Positions 27,876 through 32,000 of a DNA stretch of 32,000 nucleotides are shown here, piece after piece (the first letter of the stretch is position 1; every line of letters starts with the position of its first letter). The position numbers and the translations under genes are program-made. Where the stretch lies: contig LT962688.1 in the NCBI GenBank assembly GCA_900234795.1, positions 2,640,001 through 2,672,000 of the forward strand, in the 5' to 3' direction. Under the pieces are notes generated by a model. It was not told the DNA's origin and did not search any database. It saw only the letters and a program-made list of their open reading frames with translations. The DNA is from Methylorubrum extorquens (lineage in GTDB: Bacteria; Pseudomonadota; Alphaproteobacteria; Rhizobiales; Beijerinckiaceae).

Positions 27876-28631
27876 ATGCTGATCGTCTGCCCGGCCTGCG
27901 CCAGCGAGTATCGCATCGATGCCGACCGCGTCGGCACCAGCGGACGCTCAGTGCGCTGCGCGGCCTGCCGCGAGACATGGTTCATCTCGTCCGACGAGGT
28001 GGTGGCCGCGATGTTCGACGAGATGTCGGCGGCCGAGGCGCCCGAGACGAGCGCCGCGCCGCCATCCCCGGAGCCGCTGCCAACCGAAGTACCGGCCGAC
28101 GAAGCCGGGCCGCGTCCGCGGCCGAGCACCGGGAAGGCCGCCAAACGGAGTAAGCCGAAACGCAAGGCCCGGCGCCTCTCCCCGGCGCTTGCCGCCTGCC
28201 TCGTCCTTGCCGCCGCCCTACCGCTGGCGCTCCTCGGGCGCGCCAGCGTCGTACGGGCGATGCCGCAGACGGCAGGGCTGTTCGCCCGCGTCGGCCTGCC
28301 GGTCAATTTGCGCGGCATCGATCTGACCGACATCGCCGCGTTTCAGGTCGCCGCCGACGGCAGCAACCCCGCGCGGCTCGTCGTGGAGGGGGATCTCGTG
28401 GCGGTTGCCCGGGGCCGCGTCGCCGTGCCGGCGATCGAGGTCGAGGTCCGCGACGCCGGGGGGCAGTCGCTCTACCGCTGGACCGTTCCGGGACCGCGCG
28501 CGGCCCTGGAGCCCGGCGAGCGGGCGCGGTTCAAGGCGAGCCTCTCGGCTCCCCCGGAGAAGGGCCGACAGGTCGAAGTCCGCTTCTCGGACGATGCCGC
28601 CGTCGGCGCGGGCGCTGTTGAGAGCCATTAG
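27876..28631 (+). CDS. MJ0042-type zinc-ribbon protein with C-terminal DUF3426-like domain
   Basis: The N-terminus MLIVCPACASEYRIDADRV...VRCAACRETW carries two CxxC pairs. It is followed by a Pro/Ala/Lys linker, one TM helix (LSPALAACLVLAAALPLALL) and a beta-rich C-terminal domain. The gene is divergent from ftsEX, as in many alphaproteobacteria. Confidence 0.7.
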   Translation: MLIVCPACASEYRIDADRVGTSGRSVRCAACRETWFISSDEVVAAMFDEMSAAEAPETSAAPPSPEPLPTEVPADEAGPRPRPSTGKAAKRSKPKRKARRLSPALAACLVLAAALPLALLGRASVVRAMPQTAGLFARVGLPVNLRGIDLTDIAAFQVAADGSNPARLVVEGDLVAVARGRVAVPAIEVEVRDAGGQSLYRWTVPGPRAALEPGERARFKASLSAPPEKGRQVEVRFSDDAAVGAGAVESH

Positions 28632-28819
28632 AGCAATCTCGTCAAAGCCCCCGTCGCATTCCGGTTCACAGCTGTGGATTGCGCCGATCCGGCCGCGTGC
28701 GCGTCGGTTGCGCAGGTCCGAAGCGCTGGCGGAGCCCGCTGCGCATGGTATGGTGCGGCGTGGCATGGCCGAGGGCGGTCCGTGCCGTTGGAACATTCCG
28801 CGAAACTATCACGAGCCGC

Positions 28820-29389
28820 ATGAGCAACGCATCGAAACGCGTCCGCGTCCTGTTCGACGAAGCGGCGATCGCCAAGCGCAACGACGAGTTGGCCGACGAG
28901 ATCGTCGCGGCCAAGCCCGAGAACCTGCTCGTCGTCGCGGTGCTCAAGGGCAGCTTCATGTTCGCCGCCGACCTGCTGCGGTCGCTCCACCGGGCCGGGC
29001 TCTCGCCGCAGGTCGAGTTCGTGCATCTCTCCAGCTACCGCAACTCCACCGTCTCCTCGGGCCAGGTCGAGATCCTGCGCGACGTTCAGAGCGAGGTGCG
29101 CGGGCGTGACGTGCTGCTGGTCGACGACATCCTCGAATCCGGCCGCACCGTCGTCTTCGCCAAGGATCTGTTGATGGCCCGCGGCGCCAAGCGCGTGCTG
29201 ACTGCGGTGCTCTTGGAGAAGCCGGGCAAGCGCGCCGTGACGATCGACGCGGATTTCGTCGGTTTCACCTGCCCGGACGTGTTCGTCGTCGGCTACGGCA
29301 TGGACGCCGCCCACGCCTTCCGCCAGCTCCCCTTCGTCGGCCTCGTAGACTACGACAGCAGCGACGCGGACCTGTTCGGCGGCACCTGA
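28820..29389 (+). CDS. hpt: Hypoxanthine phosphoribosyltransferase
   Basis: The motifs VLKGSFMFAADL and the PRPP loop DVLLVDDILESGRT, together with FVVGYGMD, are present. The protein is 189 aa from ATG 28820. Confidence 0.9.
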   Translation: MSNASKRVRVLFDEAAIAKRNDELADEIVAAKPENLLVVAVLKGSFMFAADLLRSLHRAGLSPQVEFVHLSSYRNSTVSSGQVEILRDVQSEVRGRDVLLVDDILESGRTVVFAKDLLMARGAKRVLTAVLLEKPGKRAVTIDADFVGFTCPDVFVVGYGMDAAHAFRQLPFVGLVDYDSSDADLFGGT

Positions 29390-29552
29390 CCATCAATCCC
29401 GGTCAGGCAAATTCCTGATAAGAACGCGAGACTTGCTTGAAATCGGCCGCCGATGGAACTCTGTCGGCGCATGAGGCTTGACAGGCCGCGCTTCCCAGCG
29501 GTCACTCGGGCGCGACGATCCACATCGAAGGAACGGTAGAGGACGCCCGACC

Positions 29553-29918
29553 ATGGCGCGCATCCTGCTCGTGGATGACGAGGATACGGTTCGCGGCTTC
29601 CTCAAGCGCGGGCTGGAGTTGGACGGTCACACCGTCGTCACGGCCATCGACGGCAGCGACGGCCTCGATCGCCTGTCGGAGGCCGGCGGCGGCTTCGACC
29701 TGATGTTGACCGATATCCGCATGCCGCTGATGGACGGCATCGCTTTGTCGCTCGCGGCCAAGCGCGACTACCCCGATCTCACGATCCTGCTGATGACGGG
29801 CTTTGCCGACCAGCGCGAACGCGCCCGCGGCCTCGATGCCATCGTCACCGACGTGCTGACCAAGCCCTTCTCCCTGGCCGACCTGCGCTCCACCGTGACG
29901 CGGGCGCTGGCGGCCTAA
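29553..29918 (+). CDS. cpdR: Single-domain response regulator, CpdR-like
   Basis: A 121-aa receiver with ILLVDDED, LMLTDIRMPLMDGI, LLMTGFA and LTKPF. It is close in pattern to the CpdR proteins of Caulobacter and Sinorhizobium as I recall them. Confidence 0.7.
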   Translation: MARILLVDDEDTVRGFLKRGLELDGHTVVTAIDGSDGLDRLSEAGGGFDLMLTDIRMPLMDGIALSLAAKRDYPDLTILLMTGFADQRERARGLDAIVTDVLTKPFSLADLRSTVTRALAA

Positions 29919-30000
29919 CGCATCGTCTCTCGGCCGAAAGCCCGCCACGACCTTTCGGGACGATGCACGCGAACCGTATCCGACCCGATTGCATCGGACC
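29919..30000. repeat. Hairpin intergenic repeat (inverted copy of the 20355-20401 family) plus a CCGTATCCGACC module
   Basis: The reverse complement of 29920-29966 is GCATCGTCCCGAAAGGTCGTGGCGGGCTTTCGGCCGAGAGACGATGC. The segment 29971-30000 (GAACCGTATCCGACCCGATTGCATCGGACC) matches the reverse complement of 8989-9018 at 24/30 positions. Confidence 0.7.
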
Positions 30001-30036
30001 GGCGCCTCTCGATCCTGGGTTTGAGGCGCCGCGTTT
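30001..30036 (+). terminator. Possible terminator hairpin between convergent cpdR and tspO
   Basis: GGCGCCTC (30001-30008) pairs with GAGGCGCC (30023-30030) across a 14-nt loop and is followed by GCGTTTCC. The U-tract is poor. Confidence 0.35.
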
Positions 30037-30078
30037 CCACCAACCGGCGCACCCTTCGTCGGGATGCGCCCTCGAGCC

Positions 30079-30594
30079 TCAGTTCATCTGCCAGATCGTT
30101 CCGTTGAGCAGGCAGGCAAACGCCACCCAGGCGGCGTAGGGCACGAGCAGCCACGCCGCGGCCCGGTCGAAGCGCCAGGAGAGGCGGATCGTCCACAAGA
30201 TCATCGCGAGCATGGCGAGCGCGACGATCAGCGCGAGGCCGAGCTGGTGGGCGGCGAAGAAGACCGGTGTCCAGGCTGCATTGAGGACGAGCTGGGCGCC
30301 GAAGGCGGCGAGTGCCAGCCACCACGCCTTCCGGGCCGGCCCCGGCACCGGGCGCGCGCCGAGCAGCCGCCAGAGCGAGACAGCGATCAGGGTGTAGAGG
30401 ACGGTCCAAGCCAGCGGAAACACCCAGTTCGGCGGGTTGAAGGCCGGCTTGCGGATCGTCGTGTACCACTCCTCGATATTGGCGCCGGTCGAGAGCGACC
30501 CCACCGCCGTCACCAGGAGGACGGGGAGGATCGCGGCGGCGAGCCGCGGGATCGGCGGCAGGGCCGGCCGCTCGGGGATGTCCAGTGCGCTCAT
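30079..30594 (-). CDS. tspO: Tryptophan-rich sensory protein TspO/MBR family
   Basis: A 171-aa five-TM protein with WYTTIRKPAFNPPNWVFPLAWTVLY, LNAAWTPVFF and LLVPYAAWVAFACLLN, which are canonical TspO blocks. Confidence 0.9.
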   Translation of the reverse strand: MSALDIPERPALPPIPRLAAAILPVLLVTAVGSLSTGANIEEWYTTIRKPAFNPPNWVFPLAWTVLYTLIAVSLWRLLGARPVPGPARKAWWLALAAFGAQLVLNAAWTPVFFAAHQLGLALIVALAMLAMILWTIRLSWRFDRAAAWLLVPYAAWVAFACLLNGTIWQMN

Positions 30595-30691
30595 GCGCTG
30601 TGCAATGCTCCGTCGCTCATTTCTTCGCCTTGCCCGGTCCGGCGGATTCGCTCAAGCCGACATTGCGATCCGACCTCGAGCAAGGAAACCC

Positions 30692-31921
30692 ATGAGCCGG
30701 TCCAACGCGCCTCACGGCACTTCCGATGCAGCCCCCGATGCAGCCCCCTCGGAGGCGCTGTCGCCCGCGGAATGGCAGCCGGCGACGCTGGCCGCGCAGG
30801 CGCTCGGCCGGATCGATCCGGTGACGCGGGCGGTGGTGCCGCCGCTTCATCTCTCCACCACCTATCTGCGCGACGCCGACAACGCCTACCGCTCCGGCTT
30901 CGTCTACGCTCGGCCCGACAACGCCACGACGCGCGAGGCGGAGGACGTGATCGCCGCGCTCGAACGGGCGGAAGCGGGCGCCCTCCTGTTCGGCTCCGGC
31001 ATGGCGGCGGCGGCGGCCGTGTTCTGCGCGCTGGAGCGCGGCGACCACGTGATCGCGCCTGAAGTCATGTATTGGGGGCTGCGTCGCTGGCTGCGGCAGG
31101 AGGCGCCGCGCCTCGACCTCGCGGTCGATTTCGTGCCGATGGACGACCCCGAGGCCGTGCGTGCCGCGATCCGGCCCGGCAAGACCCGGCTCGTCTGGAT
31201 CGAGACGCCGGGCAACCCGCTCTGCACGGTCGCCGACATTGCCCGCATCGTCGAGATCGCCCATGCCGCCGGGGCGCGGGTCGCCGTGGACTCGACCGCC
31301 GCGAGCCCGATCCTGACCCGGCCGCTGACGCTCGGGGCCGACATCGTGATGCATTCGGCCACCAAGATTCTGAACGGCCATTCCGACGTGGTGGCTGGCG
31401 TCCTGGCCGGGGCGCGGAAGGATGCGTTCTGGGATCGCCTCGTGGCGATCCGCGGCGGCTGGGGCGCCATCCTCGGCCCCTTCGAAGCTTACCTGCTGAT
31501 GCGAGGCTTGCGCACGCTGCCCTTGCGCGCCGCCGCCCAGAGCGCCGGGGCGCTCCACCTCGCGCAGCGTCTCTCCGCGCATCCGCTCGTGAGTGCTGTG
31601 CTCTATCCGGGGTTGCCCGACCATCCCGGCCATGCGGTGGCCGCGCGGCAGATGACGGGTGGGTTCGGCTACATGCTCTCGATCCGCGTGGCCGGCGGCG
31701 AGTCTGCGGCGATCGAGACCGCCGCGCGGGTGGCTCTGTGGAAGCGGGCAACCTCGCTCGGCGGCGTGGAAAGCCTCATCGAGCACCGCGCCTCCGTCGA
31801 GGGGCCGGGCACCCCCTGCCCGCCCGACCTGTTGCGCCTCTCCACCGGCATCGAAGATCCGGATGACCTGCTTCGCGATCTCGACGCCGCTCTGACGGGC
31901 GCGCATCGGCCGACCGAGTGA
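30692..31921 (+). CDS. PLP-dependent trans-sulfuration enzyme (cystathionine gamma-synthase / beta-lyase family)
   Basis: The motifs VDSTAASPILTRPLTLGADIVMHSATKILNGHSD (PLP-lysine in SATK), FEAYLLMRGLRTL, SLGGVESLIEH and LLRLSTGIED are present. The ATG at 30692 has AGGAA upstream. The exact subfamily is not resolvable by eye. Confidence 0.85.
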   Translation: MSRSNAPHGTSDAAPDAAPSEALSPAEWQPATLAAQALGRIDPVTRAVVPPLHLSTTYLRDADNAYRSGFVYARPDNATTREAEDVIAALERAEAGALLFGSGMAAAAAVFCALERGDHVIAPEVMYWGLRRWLRQEAPRLDLAVDFVPMDDPEAVRAAIRPGKTRLVWIETPGNPLCTVADIARIVEIAHAAGARVAVDSTAASPILTRPLTLGADIVMHSATKILNGHSDVVAGVLAGARKDAFWDRLVAIRGGWGAILGPFEAYLLMRGLRTLPLRAAAQSAGALHLAQRLSAHPLVSAVLYPGLPDHPGHAVAARQMTGGFGYMLSIRVAGGESAAIETAARVALWKRATSLGGVESLIEHRASVEGPGTPCPPDLLRLSTGIEDPDDLLRDLDAALTGAHRPTE

Positions 31922-32000
31922 CGCAGTTCCGAATTGTGTGAAGGCGCGTGGCTGTTGCGGGGCTCCGTGCGTTGTCGGGTCTACGAGCCCCCAACGGGAC

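Noticed and set aside
30595-30691. Possible SAM riboswitch (SAM-II type) upstream of the trans-sulfuration enzyme gene.
   Set aside because: The leader is only about 97 nt. By eye it shows none of the conserved SAM-II pseudoknot elements I remember (a U-rich strand pairing with AAAGCU). This cannot be excluded without a covariance-model scan.
30725-30748. Perfect tandem 12-bp duplication GATGCAGCCCCC x2, encoding DAAP-DAAP in the N-terminal tail of the PLP enzyme.
   Set aside because: It is a small in-frame duplication in a non-conserved low-complexity N-terminal extension, with no evident functional consequence. It is possibly a strain-variable indel only.

Overview
This is a high-GC (about 70% by eye) alphaproteobacterial core-chromosome segment. 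Gene order and protein sequences look Hyphomicrobiales/Methylobacterium-like, which is inference only. I support about 33 protein-coding genes, nearly all housekeeping. Left to right they are: a SleB-type cell-wall hydrolase, a secreted hypothetical protein, pgm, an MgtC-family protein, lgt, a MidA-type methyltransferase, pgeF, a beta-barrel OMP, a DUF2076 protein, an L,D-transpeptidase, an orphan CheZ-like phosphatase, uvrC-pgsA-moaD, znuA, an MsbA-like ABC exporter, aldose 1-epimerase, a GbsR/MarR regulator with a DUF4166 protein, rsfS-nadD-proA-proB (minus strand), a single-domain response regulator, a ydcF-like gene, ftsX-ftsE, a zinc-ribbon protein, hpt, cpdR, tspO and a PLP trans-sulfuration enzyme. 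I saw no rRNA, tRNA, CRISPR array, IS element, integrase or prophage signature. I found no convincing novel multi-gene system, and the window reads as ordinary core genome. Six things deserve a second look. (1) Four reading-frame breaks (pgm, its downstream secreted protein, znuA, the ABC exporter) are each repaired by deleting one C from a plus-strand C-run. (2) A perfect 38-bp AT-rich palindrome is centred on the start codon of the GbsR-like regulator, with a promoter geometry that suggests a leaderless transcript. (3) A perfect 21-bp Fur-family (Zur-like) palindrome sits upstream of an orphan znuA. (4) A small family of hairpin (REP/MITE-like) intergenic repeats is present, plus a separate 107-bp palindromic element. 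(5) rsfS has a conserved N-terminal helix with no canonical start codon and lies behind an unusually long structured nadD-rsfS spacer. (6) An orphan CheZ-like gene is present. All calls come from reading the translations and the DNA by eye. No database search was run.
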